The translations under genes and the position numbers were made by a program. From contig DATBIE010000108.1 in NCBI GenBank assembly GCA_036557105.1, positions 17,928 through 81,927 of the forward strand: a DNA stretch of 64,000 bases, given 5' to 3'. Origin of the DNA: Terriglobales bacterium (GTDB taxonomy: Bacteria; Acidobacteriota; Terriglobia; Terriglobales; Acidobacteriaceae). Positions within the stretch are counted from its first letter, which is position 1; the number at the start of each line of letters is the position of its first letter. Below the pieces are notes generated by a model that worked only from the letters and a program-made list of their open reading frames with translations, was not told the origin of the DNA and ran no database searches. Positions 1 through 8,766 of this stretch are shown in pieces.

Positions 1-530
1 AATCATGCGCCGTAGCGTAATCGCTCTCTTCAGCGTCGATACGTGCGAAACAGCCAAACATCGCCCATTCCCACCTCAGAGTTCATAGCTTCAGCGTGGT
101 TCCTTACAACCATCGCAGCATGGATTTTGAGAACGAGGGTCGCTCTTGCCCGAACTGTCAAGAACAGAATTGGTCTTTCGTCTTTCAGGTTCAGTGATTT
201 GCGAAATACGGTGGCATGCCGCAATATTTCGTCGAGGAAGATTGGTGCGATAGCGACTTGAAACGATAAAGATGAGCTACAAATATTTGAATCAGCGGAT
301 CGAAGATTCACCTATGCGACTAAAGCCTCCTGATATTCGCGCAAATTTCCTGACTGCTAACGAGGCCAAGTCCATAATGTTTGAAAGACCGACCTCTGCA
401 AAGGACCCATAGGTGATCTGCAAATGCACACTGTATGGAGTAAACGGATCGGGAATTCTCGTTTCCTGCGTGAACTCTGGTCATTTCATCTGGTTGTTCA
501 AATAGCAGTTCAACTCTGGCCGGTGTATCG

Positions 531-1103
531 CTATCGTAATGCAGCAAGACGGGAGCGCAGCTTCACGGTGGCGCGAAACAACGTGTTTTTGGCAGTTCCT
601 TCGGTAGTCTGGAGAATTCCGGCAACCGTCTTCAGCTGCATACCGTGAAAGTGCTTCAACTCGAAAACCATGCGTTCGCGAGGGGAAAGAGTAGCCAGAG
701 CACGAATCAATTCGGCACGCAGTATACCGGCTGCGAAGGTGCGTTCGGGGTTTGCAACGGCGCGCTCATCGGGCATTCGATGTGAGATATCGTGTTCCCT
801 ACCGTCCCTGGAGAACACGGTAGTCGACTCGTGGTAGCGGAAACGTTTCCTGCGCAAGTGGTCCATGCAAAGATTGGTAACAATGCGGTAGATCCAGGTG
901 TAAAACGAGCACTCGAAGCGAAACCTCGGCAATTTCAAATAGGCGCGCAGGAACGCTTCCTGGTAAATATCCTGGCCATCTTGCGGCGAACCCGTGAGGT
1001 GGACGGCAACGCGTAGAACCGCTCGGTCATACTGCTGCACCAATTGTTCGAAGGCAGCCGCGTCACCCCGTTGTGCAGCTCGAATGAGCTCGTTGTTATC
1101 CAT
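531..1103 (-). CDS. ECF-type RNA polymerase sigma-70 factor
   Basis: Lies inside ORF 531..1424. I place the start at ATG 1103 (MDNNELIRAAQRGD...). Sigma-70 region 2 (DIYQEAFLRAYLKL, YTWIYRIVTNLCMDHLRRK) and region 4 HTH (LSPRERMVFELKHFHGMQLKTVAGILQTTEGTAKNTLFRATVKLR) are present. Confidence 0.9.
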   Translation of the reverse strand: MDNNELIRAAQRGDAAAFEQLVQQYDRAVLRVAVHLTGSPQDGQDIYQEAFLRAYLKLPRFRFECSFYTWIYRIVTNLCMDHLRRKRFRYHESTTVFSRDGREHDISHRMPDERAVANPERTFAAGILRAELIRALATLSPRERMVFELKHFHGMQLKTVAGILQTTEGTAKNTLFRATVKLRSRLAALR

Positions 1104-1194
1104 ACGACTCAACCGCGTTTCTCCGCCTAACGGGCTTGGCGCCAGGCAGCCAATACCAGTCACGTAGCTACTTATGCGACGATCTCTGTTGGTC

Positions 1195-2097
1195 TCAGGC
1201 AGCATATCTTTCCGATCGATCGATTTCACAACTACCAAGATGTCGCAGTGCCATGACGGCAATATCGTCCTCGCGATGCCGATTTTGCGCGAAGTTCTCA
1301 ACGGCACCCAGCACGGAAAAGACCACCCCGCTCGCGTTGGACTCCGAGAATTCCCCGCCTGCGCTCGCCAGGCGCTCCGTTCCGAACTCAACTCCCGATT
1401 CGTTTTTGCATTCGACAATTCCATCGGAGTAAACCAATAGCGTGTTCCTAGGAACTAACGTGGCGCTGCCATTCACAAAAGAGGCATCAGAAAACGCTCC
1501 CAGGACGGGACCTCCTTCGCTAAGTGCCTCGACTTCTCCCTTATCGCGAATCAAAAGAGCGGGAGGATGCCCTGCGTTGCAGTATGTGAGCCCACCACTG
1601 ATGAGATTTAAACGCGCCAGAAAGAGCGTAGTCAGAGGAAATTCGATCCCGGTTATTAGGCGATCGCGATTAACAGCTGATAAAGCAGCCGCAGGATCCT
1701 TGTGTGTCGCAATGGCCCGGCGAATCATTCCAGTCAGGTGCGTAAACCACATCCCTGCCACAATTCCTTTACCGGCAATATCGCCGACGGCGAAAACAAG
1801 ATCGCCTTCAAGCTGCATCACGCTGATAAAATCGCCCGAAAGATGACGCACAGGGAAGATCTCGGCGGCGAACTCGTAAGAATGAGTGCGAAAGTAGCGA
1901 GGCCCGCAGAGTTGTCTCTGCAACTGAGCAGCTTCGTTTATGGCGCGATTAACAGCGTCGTTGTCCTGCTTTAAGCTCGTGAGTTCATCTTCGAGCAAGC
2001 GCCGCCCAGGTTGGCTGGTTCTTGGATCAGGGGCAGCAACCGGAGCTACCCATCTACTCTTTCGATAGCTTTTGCGTATTTGTGCAACGCTTGCCAC
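1195..2097 (-). CDS. PP2C/SpoIIE-family serine phosphatase (RsbU-like, no sensor domain)
   Basis: ORF 1195..2097 has a GTG start preceded by AGGAG about 7 nt upstream. Motifs present: SGDFISV, VGDIAGKGIVAGMW, YCNAGHPP, LLVYSDGIVE, DDIAVMAL. Only a short coiled-coil-like N-terminus precedes the phosphatase domain. Confidence 0.85.
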   Translation of the reverse strand: MASVAQIRKSYRKSRWVAPVAAPDPRTSQPGRRLLEDELTSLKQDNDAVNRAINEAAQLQRQLCGPRYFRTHSYEFAAEIFPVRHLSGDFISVMQLEGDLVFAVGDIAGKGIVAGMWFTHLTGMIRRAIATHKDPAAALSAVNRDRLITGIEFPLTTLFLARLNLISGGLTYCNAGHPPALLIRDKGEVEALSEGGPVLGAFSDASFVNGSATLVPRNTLLVYSDGIVECKNESGVEFGTERLASAGGEFSESNASGVVFSVLGAVENFAQNRHREDDIAVMALRHLGSCEIDRSERYAA

Positions 2098-2121
2098 GAG
2101 AATCTCCTACGAAAGTGCTGC

Positions 2122-2802
2122 TCAACTGACAAATTTGTAACCCGTGCCATGCACGGTGAGGATGAATCGCGGATCTTCCGGCTTGGGTTCTATCTTTTGT
2201 CGTAAGTGAGCAATGTGTGCGTCAACGGTGCGAGTGGTTGGGAACCGATCGTACCCCCAGACTTCCTCGAGCAGACGATCCCGGCTCAGGGTCTCACCTT
2301 GGTGGCAAACCAAATATTTCAGCAGCTCGAATTCCTTCGATGAAAACTCCAATGGCTTACCCGCGCGTGTAACCTGGCAACTTCGCAGATTCACCTCGAT
2401 GTCGCCAAACGAGACGCGTTCCTGTTCTTTGGGAACCGTGCGTGCGCGGCGTAGTACTGCCTTCACACGGGCCAGTAACTCGCGAATGGAGAAAGGCTTG
2501 GTAACGTAGTCGTCAGCGCCTAATTCAAGCCCTACGACCTTGTCTACCTCCTGACCGCGTGCGGTCAACATGATGATCGGGATCGAGGGACGCTTGCTTT
2601 TGAGCTGCCTGCAAACGTCCAGTCCGCTCATGCGCGGCATCATTACGTCGAGAATCACGAGGTCCGGCGACTCGCTCAGTGCGCGCTCCAAACCTGCGAC
2701 CCCGTCCGGCGCCGTGATGACCTGATAGCCTTCAAACTCGAAGTTGTCGCGTAGACCAGCCACCATGTTGGGCTCGTCTTCGACGATCAGGATTCTGGCC
2801 AT
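2122..2802 (-). CDS. OmpR/PhoB-family response regulator
   Basis: ORF 2122..2889. ATG 2802 (GGAG about 8 nt upstream, MARILIVEDEP...) is preferred over ATG 2889 (ATGA overlap with the kinase stop but no SD). Receiver motifs (DLVILDVMMPRMSG, IIMLTA) are followed by a winged-helix output (SSKEFELLKYL, TRTVDAHIAHLRQKIE, HGTGYKF). Confidence 0.9.
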   Translation of the reverse strand: MARILIVEDEPNMVAGLRDNFEFEGYQVITAPDGVAGLERALSESPDLVILDVMMPRMSGLDVCRQLKSKRPSIPIIMLTARGQEVDKVVGLELGADDYVTKPFSIRELLARVKAVLRRARTVPKEQERVSFGDIEVNLRSCQVTRAGKPLEFSSKEFELLKYLVCHQGETLSRDRLLEEVWGYDRFPTTRTVDAHIAHLRQKIEPKPEDPRFILTVHGTGYKFVS

Positions 2803-2885
2803 ATCACGCTCTCCCCAGTTTGCATTTCTGATATGAGATTTCACTGCTGTATTCACAGATGCCACGGTTAATCCCTTCGCCAAGT

Positions 2886-4553
2886 TCATGCTGAAGCTGC
2901 GTTGCCACTGAGTCCATTGCGATCAAGAGGAAGACTGATAGTGAATTTGCTGCCAGTGCCGGGTGCACTGTCTACGACGACATCACCGCCGTGCGCGCGA
3001 GCAATATGCTGCACCAGAGAAAGCCCTAATCCGCTCCCTTTTGTGTTGTGAACCAGGGGATCGCCGACGCGGTAAAACTTCTCAAAGATTTTCTGCTGTT
3101 CGCTCGCCGGTATCCCGATACCGTGATCAATAACTTCCAGCTTCACGCCGCCGTTTTCGCGATAAAGGTTAACTGCAATGTATTTGCAATCCTGCGAGTA
3201 CTTGAGCGCGTTGTTGACGAGATTGACCAAAGAGCGCGCCATGGCTTCTCGATCCACCTTCAAGAATGGAACTTCACCGATATTTTCCTCAAACGTGAAC
3301 CCATGCTGCTCGATCTGATAGCGATACGACTCAAGCGTGTTGCGCACGAGTTCGCGCATATCGGTTTCGCGAAACTCATATTCTTTTCGGCCCGCTTCAA
3401 TGCGGGAGAAGTCAAGGATGTTGTTAATGAGCGCTGTCAGGCGCTCACTCTCTTTGCGAATGATGGAGTAATATTCCTCGCGCTTATCGGGATTGGTGAG
3501 TCGGCCCAATTCCAGGGTTTCGGCGTACAAGCGAATCAGGGCCAGCGGCGTGCGTAACTCGTGCGAGACATTGGAGACAAAATCGGACTTCAATCGCGCC
3601 AGCGCCATTTCTTTATTTACGTTGCGATACGTGAGAAAAATTCCACCAGCCAGGAGAAATGACAGCCCGCCAAGGATCAAAAAGCTGGTGTGCATGAAAT
3701 GCTGTCCGAGGGCGGCCAATGTAGTGCCGCGCAATTTCATTCCGAGGATCAGGCCGGGAAATACACTTTCCATGTTCCGTTCCACTTCAGCCTCACCGCC
3801 GTCCCAACCACTCCCAATTGCCATTGGGGTTGAGTCGCCCTTGCCGCGAACCATGATCACGGCGTTCTTGTCGGTTTGCGCTTCGGATACGTTACGGCTC
3901 ATAACTTCATCCAGAGCCTGCGGGAAAAATCGCTCGCGCAAATAGTCCGGGTCCAGGGTGATGGCGGCTATGGCCCGCCTGCCGGTCTCTTCGTCGGTTT
4001 TCAGAAAAATCGCGGACGAGACGTACACGTGCTTGTCTCCTCGAGGTACCCAGTCACCCGTAAAGAGATAAGGCATGCCTTTGGCTTTCATTTTTGCCAG
4101 TTTCTGCGCAAGCTCGTCGTAGTCCAGCTTCCACCAGCCCTCCATCATTTTGGACATGTATTCGGCTTCCTCGTGATCGGCGGCATTTTTTAGGTGGTAA
4201 GGCCGGGACCGCATGACGAAGCCGTTTTCCGGGTCATACATCATCAGGTGTGAAACGTATGAGTAAGATCCAAGAATCCTGTCTAGTGTCATCGTGCATG
4301 CAGCACCTGGGGAGGGGAACTCACTTCCAACTTCGTCAACAAGTGCGTATGCTTTATGGTTGATCTGCTTTTCAGAAATCGCGAGCACCTGACTGAAATC
4401 GCGCTCAATCGCCGCCTCCACGACACGGTCTCGCTGAATGGTTTGCAAGTGCCTCGCACTCAGGATGACGAGGGTAGCGGCCGGCAAAATGACGGCCAGA
4501 TGCAAGATCAATATCAGCCGCATGCGCGAACTTGTTAGGCGTTTGGCTTTCAT
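2886..4553 (-). CDS. Sensor histidine kinase (HisKA + HATPase_c) with a large periplasmic loop
   Basis: ORF 2886..4553. Two TM segments (LILILHLAVILPAATLVILS, FLILGGLSFLLAGGIFLTY) flank a loop of about 260 aa. H-box FVSNVSHELRTPLALI, N-box LVNLVNNALKYS, G-boxes DHGIGIP and GSGLGLSLV. Confidence 0.9.
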   Translation of the reverse strand: MKAKRLTSSRMRLILILHLAVILPAATLVILSARHLQTIQRDRVVEAAIERDFSQVLAISEKQINHKAYALVDEVGSEFPSPGAACTMTLDRILGSYSYVSHLMMYDPENGFVMRSRPYHLKNAADHEEAEYMSKMMEGWWKLDYDELAQKLAKMKAKGMPYLFTGDWVPRGDKHVYVSSAIFLKTDEETGRRAIAAITLDPDYLRERFFPQALDEVMSRNVSEAQTDKNAVIMVRGKGDSTPMAIGSGWDGGEAEVERNMESVFPGLILGMKLRGTTLAALGQHFMHTSFLILGGLSFLLAGGIFLTYRNVNKEMALARLKSDFVSNVSHELRTPLALIRLYAETLELGRLTNPDKREEYYSIIRKESERLTALINNILDFSRIEAGRKEYEFRETDMRELVRNTLESYRYQIEQHGFTFEENIGEVPFLKVDREAMARSLVNLVNNALKYSQDCKYIAVNLYRENGGVKLEVIDHGIGIPASEQQKIFEKFYRVGDPLVHNTKGSGLGLSLVQHIARAHGGDVVVDSAPGTGSKFTISLPLDRNGLSGNAASA

Positions 4554-4629
4554 TTAATCCGGGGCTCCTGATCCAGGCACGTGCATGAATCAGCCCGGCA
4601 CCAACATACTTCCCCCGAACAGAGTAGGG

Positions 4630-4673
4630 TGTCAAACGGGAGTGAAAAGACGTAAAAAGTTGTGAATTGCAAC
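4630..4673 (-). promoter_or_regulatory. Conserved upstream element of the kinase operon: three phased TT[CT]A[CT] repeats plus a TTGACA hexamer
   Basis: The minus-strand sequence reads GTTGCAATTCACAACTTTTTACGTCTTTTCACTCCCGTTTGACA. It lies 77-120 nt upstream of the kinase ATG (4553). A second copy at 34137..34180 matches 25 of 28 positions in the core (hand count). Confidence 0.45.
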
Positions 4674-4974
4674 TTCAACCCGGAATCGGAGGCCAGGGTA
4701 ACTGCGCTCCACATTCGAATATTGTGGCTATATTTCGGATGCGCATGCCGCTTAAAGACGACGGTGAACTGAATATTCGCCCCAGCCGTTGAATGATTTG
4801 GAAGGCGGAATTAGAAAAACGGACGATGATCTATTGCGACGATCATCACTGGAGCCCCAGAGTGGAAGTGTGCAGATATGACTCTTTCTGGAGGTGAACT
4901 GAATCTCAGCGACTGGTCAACCAGCGAAATAGTCGTTTTGAGAAATCCAAAAAATCTCGATATCACTCGTCAAT

Positions 4975-5010
4975 CGCGAGTCAGGATAGTTCTTTCCGTC
5001 CTGACTTGCG
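4975..5010 (-). terminator. Strong stem-loop just downstream of the small-gene pair
   Basis: cgcgAGTCAGGA-12 nt-TCCTGACTtgcg has a perfect 8-bp core plus 3 more pairs after one mismatch. It begins 20 nt after the stop at 5030. A T6 run follows only about 20 nt later, so it is not a canonical intrinsic terminator. Confidence 0.4.
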
Positions 5011-5029
5011 CAATCGCTCGCGGCCAAGG

Positions 5030-5293
5030 TCATGCGGCTCGTTTCTTCACAGAGGACAGGCACGCCCTCACCTCGCGGAGGACCTGCTCGTAATCTGCGG
5101 CTATGGCCCGCTCCACATGAATACGAACTCCTCTTACGCCTGCTTCTTGCGCCAAACTCTTGAACTCACTCTGAAGAAAGACTTCCAACTGCTTAGGTGT
5201 CAAGACGGCAATGGGGACAGTAGCGGACTGCCCGGTCTCGGTCTCGATCTTCACGCAGTATGGGGATTCCGACTCTTGCATTTCCGGATTCAT
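5030..5293 (-). CDS. Hypothetical small protein (87 aa)
   Basis: This is the C-terminal part of ORF 5030..5449. I place the start at ATG 5293 (AAGGA about 8 nt upstream): MNPEMQESESPYCVKIETETGQSATVPIAVL... I recognise no family. Confidence 0.4.
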   Translation of the reverse strand: MNPEMQESESPYCVKIETETGQSATVPIAVLTPKQLEVFLQSEFKSLAQEAGVRGVRIHVERAIAADYEQVLREVRACLSSVKKRAA

Positions 5294-5461
5294 GCGACTC
5301 ATCCTTATTATGGAGCGACGAAAATGGCCAGCAAAGGTGTTGGAATTCAGCGCCTCCTGATGTTCCTCTGCGGGCTGCGTAGAATGGTTGAGACAGGCCA
5401 GCCCAGTTGGCGCTAAATCCCGATGGCTCTGATTGACCTCGAACCTCACTGCAAGAGTTGG

Positions 5462-5740
5462 CTAAGTGTGACGCTTTAAAACATTCCACCGTTTTCGCCG
5501 CTGATGTGAGAACGATGATAACAGGCCATCAGTCCCAGTTGCTTCTGCCGGGGCGTCGATCTCTTCTTCCTCACTAATCAAGAGATTTCCGCCCGCCCCA
5601 TCTGACGTTTGATTAAGCTCGTCGACATCAGGGCCGTCGTCAGCAAGCAGCGCGGCCACGATTTTCAAACTATTAACTTCGTGGCGGACGCGAGCCAAGT
5701 CCGCTTCTTTTTGGCGCAAAACATCATTTGCACTTTTCAT
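5462..5740 (-). CDS. Hypothetical small protein (92 aa) with N-terminal helix, acidic centre and basic tail
   Basis: ORF 5462..5740. The ATG is preceded by AAGGAGG at 7 nt. The N-terminus MKSANDVLRQKEADLARVRHEVNSLKIVAALL is followed by an acidic low-complexity region and an HQRRKRWNVLKRHT tail. Confidence 0.55.
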   Translation of the reverse strand: MKSANDVLRQKEADLARVRHEVNSLKIVAALLADDGPDVDELNQTSDGAGGNLLISEEEEIDAPAEATGTDGLLSSFSHQRRKRWNVLKRHT

Positions 5741-5889
5741 CGAGCGACCTCCTTAGATATTGCAATACCGTTATGTTGCGACTCGTGAAGCGTATACGTT
5801 CAGCTACATTCCCTCAAGCTGCTCTGCCCCTTCGTGTTAGACCGGTGTCGAGTTCGGCAGCTCCCCGATTCGCAATCAGCCGGGTGCGG

Positions 5890-8088
5890 CTATTTTACGT
5901 CTGCCGAGCGGTCTCCTTCGTAGTGCATGATGTGGTAGTACGCCTCCCAGCCATCCCACAGAACCGGTGGCGCAATGTGTGTTTCGTCGCCATTAACGAA
6001 CCTCGCAAACACCTGAGCTAGTTCGCGCGTGCGATACACCCCCGTGAGCCAATCGCCCCGATACCAGTTCTTCCATTTGCCGTATTCCGCTGCTGCTTCC
6101 GCGTGCTGAATCTTGTCAAGCGCAGCGACCGCCTGACTGGCTTCATCACGCGCCCGCGACATGTTCCCACTCTCGGCATTCTGAATCGCCTTGGACAGCA
6201 GCCACAGCATGCGGTTGCTCTCTCGATTGATCGCGATCATAGTCACCACTTCGGCGCGGTAAAAAGGCTTGCGGGCGGCTGGAATCAACGGTTCAATCGC
6301 GAGCGCCTTTTTCCAGGTCGCATCCCAGCGTCCCTGCGCCTCACCACACTGCCGAATCTCGCGCTTAACGTTCTCACTCAACCACTCCTTGGGCGTTAAA
6401 TGGTTCGGGCCGATTTTCGAATCCAGGAGTCGAGCCGACTCCCATTTTGGCGACTGGCTGGGAAGTGCGTATAGAGGCGAGTCGATCATGTACGTAAGCA
6501 TCATGCGCCGCGCCTCGGTATGGTAGAACTGATCGCCGTACTCGTGACTGGGGTCGCCGAAGTGCGCGGGTGCCTGGAAATATTCCTTATAGAGTTCCGC
6601 CAGCTTTGACGCAGCCTGCTCCCCAAATTCCTCCCTGGACCACTCTGTATAGAACTGGTGTGCGGGGGAACTGCCGGCGGGAAGTCCTTTCCAGACTGCA
6701 TCCATCACCGCGCGAATTGACATCGAGACAGGACGAATATCGCTTGTGTTCACGAGGAAGTAGTTCGTCGCGCCTGCCTTGATGTAGCGACCTAACTCCA
6801 AAAAGCTGCGCTCGACGGGAACCATTTCGGTGAGCTGATTCGCACGGCCGTTCATCATCGCGACATGATCGTATGCACCCTGTCCGGTTGTGACTTCGCC
6901 ATGATCTTGCAGGTAGCCATAGCCATCGTCCGCCCAGACAGTCGAGACTTCAGGCGGAATCTTCAAGTCGCCCTGCTGCACCAGGCGCGCGCCTTCCTGC
7001 CACAGGTTGGTGACGAACTTGGCGTCTGGGCGAACCGAACGCACGATGCTGATCTGCGCGGCAATGGCCTTGCTGATGAGCTGTCCGAGCGCGTTGTTAT
7101 TGTCACGAACGCTTGCGTCCATGGAGGCGTAAGTTTCGTCCGAGAGCCCGCGCAGGCCCACTGACCACAGCACCTCCTGGTCGGGCATATACGAATTAAC
7201 TGCATTCTTCCACGCGCGTTCGAGAATATCGGGATTGCTGGTGTAGTTATACGGAACGTCTTTTGGCCAGCGCGCAACATTGAGTCCCAATGGGATGGCA
7301 TGGTGCTGGGTGACGATGAGGCCGCGAGTGGCCGCGAGTTTCACCTGTGGCTCGTCTGGAAAGATCCATGTGCCCGGAGCAACCATGTTTCCCTTCAGGC
7401 GAAGAATGGTTTCGTAGATCTTGTCCCAGAGTTCAAGGGAAATGCCGGTCTTGTCCTTCGCTTCACCAGGCGCCCATCCCGTGAGCAGGTCCTCATCGTT
7501 AATAAAAAAACCGCGGTACCTGAAAACCGGTGCAGGGAAGTCGCGATTCAGCGATACCGGAATCTCGATTGCGGCACGATGTGCAGGTTCCTGGTCGGTC
7601 CAGTAATACAAGGGGTCGATGCCGAGATATTCCTGCGAGAATTCGTAGATCGCATACATCGTGCCGCGCGGGTCTGCACCCGCAAGGACGATCACTGGGC
7701 GCTTGCCTCCAGCCGTCGTATGCACCGATATGGAGAACGATTCTGGTGGCTTAAGATTTGCTGGTCGCAGCGACTCTGAAAGTTTGGCTTGTTCGCCGAT
7801 CACGATTGATCCGTCGGCGTGGTTCTGATTCAAAATTCTTGGCCGCTTGCCGGTGATCTTTTCTATATCGGAAGCAAGGTCTTCAGCCGCATGGCGCACA
7901 GGTTCAGGTTCATCTGCGTTGACCGCAATTGTGCTTGTACCGTTGAGAATGACAACTCCGGATGCGGAGCGCGAACTCTGGCGACCGGCCGCGCTTTTCG
8001 GACGTGCAAAGAGCGAAGCTTGAAAAACAAGAACAGCAAACAAAACACCTGCGACCGTTGCTTTCCAGAGTGCGCTTCCTTTGCCCAT
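5890..8088 (-). CDS. Secreted glycoside hydrolase, GH115-like (alpha-glucuronidase type)
   Basis: ORF 5890..8088 has a signal peptide (VAGVLFAVLVFQASLFA). The YRGFFINDEDLLTGW segment and overall layout resemble GH115 as I remember the family. This was not searched. Confidence 0.6.
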   Translation of the reverse strand: MGKGSALWKATVAGVLFAVLVFQASLFARPKSAAGRQSSRSASGVVILNGTSTIAVNADEPEPVRHAAEDLASDIEKITGKRPRILNQNHADGSIVIGEQAKLSESLRPANLKPPESFSISVHTTAGGKRPVIVLAGADPRGTMYAIYEFSQEYLGIDPLYYWTDQEPAHRAAIEIPVSLNRDFPAPVFRYRGFFINDEDLLTGWAPGEAKDKTGISLELWDKIYETILRLKGNMVAPGTWIFPDEPQVKLAATRGLIVTQHHAIPLGLNVARWPKDVPYNYTSNPDILERAWKNAVNSYMPDQEVLWSVGLRGLSDETYASMDASVRDNNNALGQLISKAIAAQISIVRSVRPDAKFVTNLWQEGARLVQQGDLKIPPEVSTVWADDGYGYLQDHGEVTTGQGAYDHVAMMNGRANQLTEMVPVERSFLELGRYIKAGATNYFLVNTSDIRPVSMSIRAVMDAVWKGLPAGSSPAHQFYTEWSREEFGEQAASKLAELYKEYFQAPAHFGDPSHEYGDQFYHTEARRMMLTYMIDSPLYALPSQSPKWESARLLDSKIGPNHLTPKEWLSENVKREIRQCGEAQGRWDATWKKALAIEPLIPAARKPFYRAEVVTMIAINRESNRMLWLLSKAIQNAESGNMSRARDEASQAVAALDKIQHAEAAAEYGKWKNWYRGDWLTGVYRTRELAQVFARFVNGDETHIAPPVLWDGWEAYYHIMHYEGDRSADVK

Positions 8089-8766
8089 TCTTTAGCGATC
8101 TCCTGTTCCTATCAGATCGATTTCGATACGGCAAACAGCATATCGCGTTGGCGCAAATGTCGACACAGACGACTTTTCCTACTGTGAAACCAACAACCAC
8201 GAATCGCTGATGCGCCACGCAGGATTGCCCTCCTTGGCTGGCTGCCGGACAGAGCCGCAATATTTCGGCGCACCATTCAAAATCGACCTTGACAACGTTT
8301 CAAGAGGCCGCATACAGTTCGTCACTCAAATTAAGTCCAGTTCAGAGGCGAGTTCTTTGACCTCTTCAATCATCCATAGTTTGCGGACCCCAATACTACG
8401 CTCAGCAGCGGCAGTTTCGGCAATATTCGCAGTGCTGTGAACAGTGCCAGCAATGGCGGCGGCCCGGCTGACTCGCGAATTATTCAGTTAGCTCTGAAGA
8501 TTTTTTTCTGATGTCTTAGCGCGTAAAACGAAGCCAGACTCAGAAACGCCCTTCAGGCTCGGAGTCAATGTACGTTTTGAAAGATACGTTTGAGTAACGG
8601 ACGAACCCAATGCCGGTTTGGAGCAGCGAGTTGAGCTGCTGGCCTGGGCCCGTCGAGCTTTGACTGTCGCCGACCGCCAGACGAAAAACGGCCGACTCCG
8701 CTTCACTCATTGAGGCTTTCGATACTGAGTGTCACTGAACCACATTCGGAGCTTTGCTTCAGGTTG

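Noticed and set aside
30-547. Two small minus-strand ORFs (320..547, TTG start overlapping the sigma stop; 30..311, GTG start) lie downstream of the ECF sigma gene. I considered them as an anti-sigma factor or as an MNT/HEPN (DUF86-like) toxin-antitoxin pair, because of ...VVRNHAEAMNSEVGMGDVW, which resembles RNxxxHxY...VW.
   Set aside because: There is no TM or zinc-finger anti-sigma signature. The HEPN-like stretch lacks the catalytic His at the expected position. The upstream ORF lacks a nucleotidyltransferase GSxxxG...D.D motif, the SD sequences are poor, and the starts are non-ATG. This is too weak to call.
2803-2889. An alternative upstream start (ATG 2889) for the response regulator gives a 4-nt ATGA overlap with the kinase stop.
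   Set aside because: It would add a 29-aa extension atypical for OmpR-family receivers and has no SD. ATG 2802 has GGAG at good spacing and the canonical M-x-R-I-L-I-V-E-D-E start. It is kept as a stated alternative only.
4661-4670. TGTGA within TTGTGAATTGCAAC looked like a CRP/FNR half-site (TGTGA-N6-TCACA).
   Set aside because: The second half-site is absent in both copies. The phased direct-repeat reading fits the two copies better.
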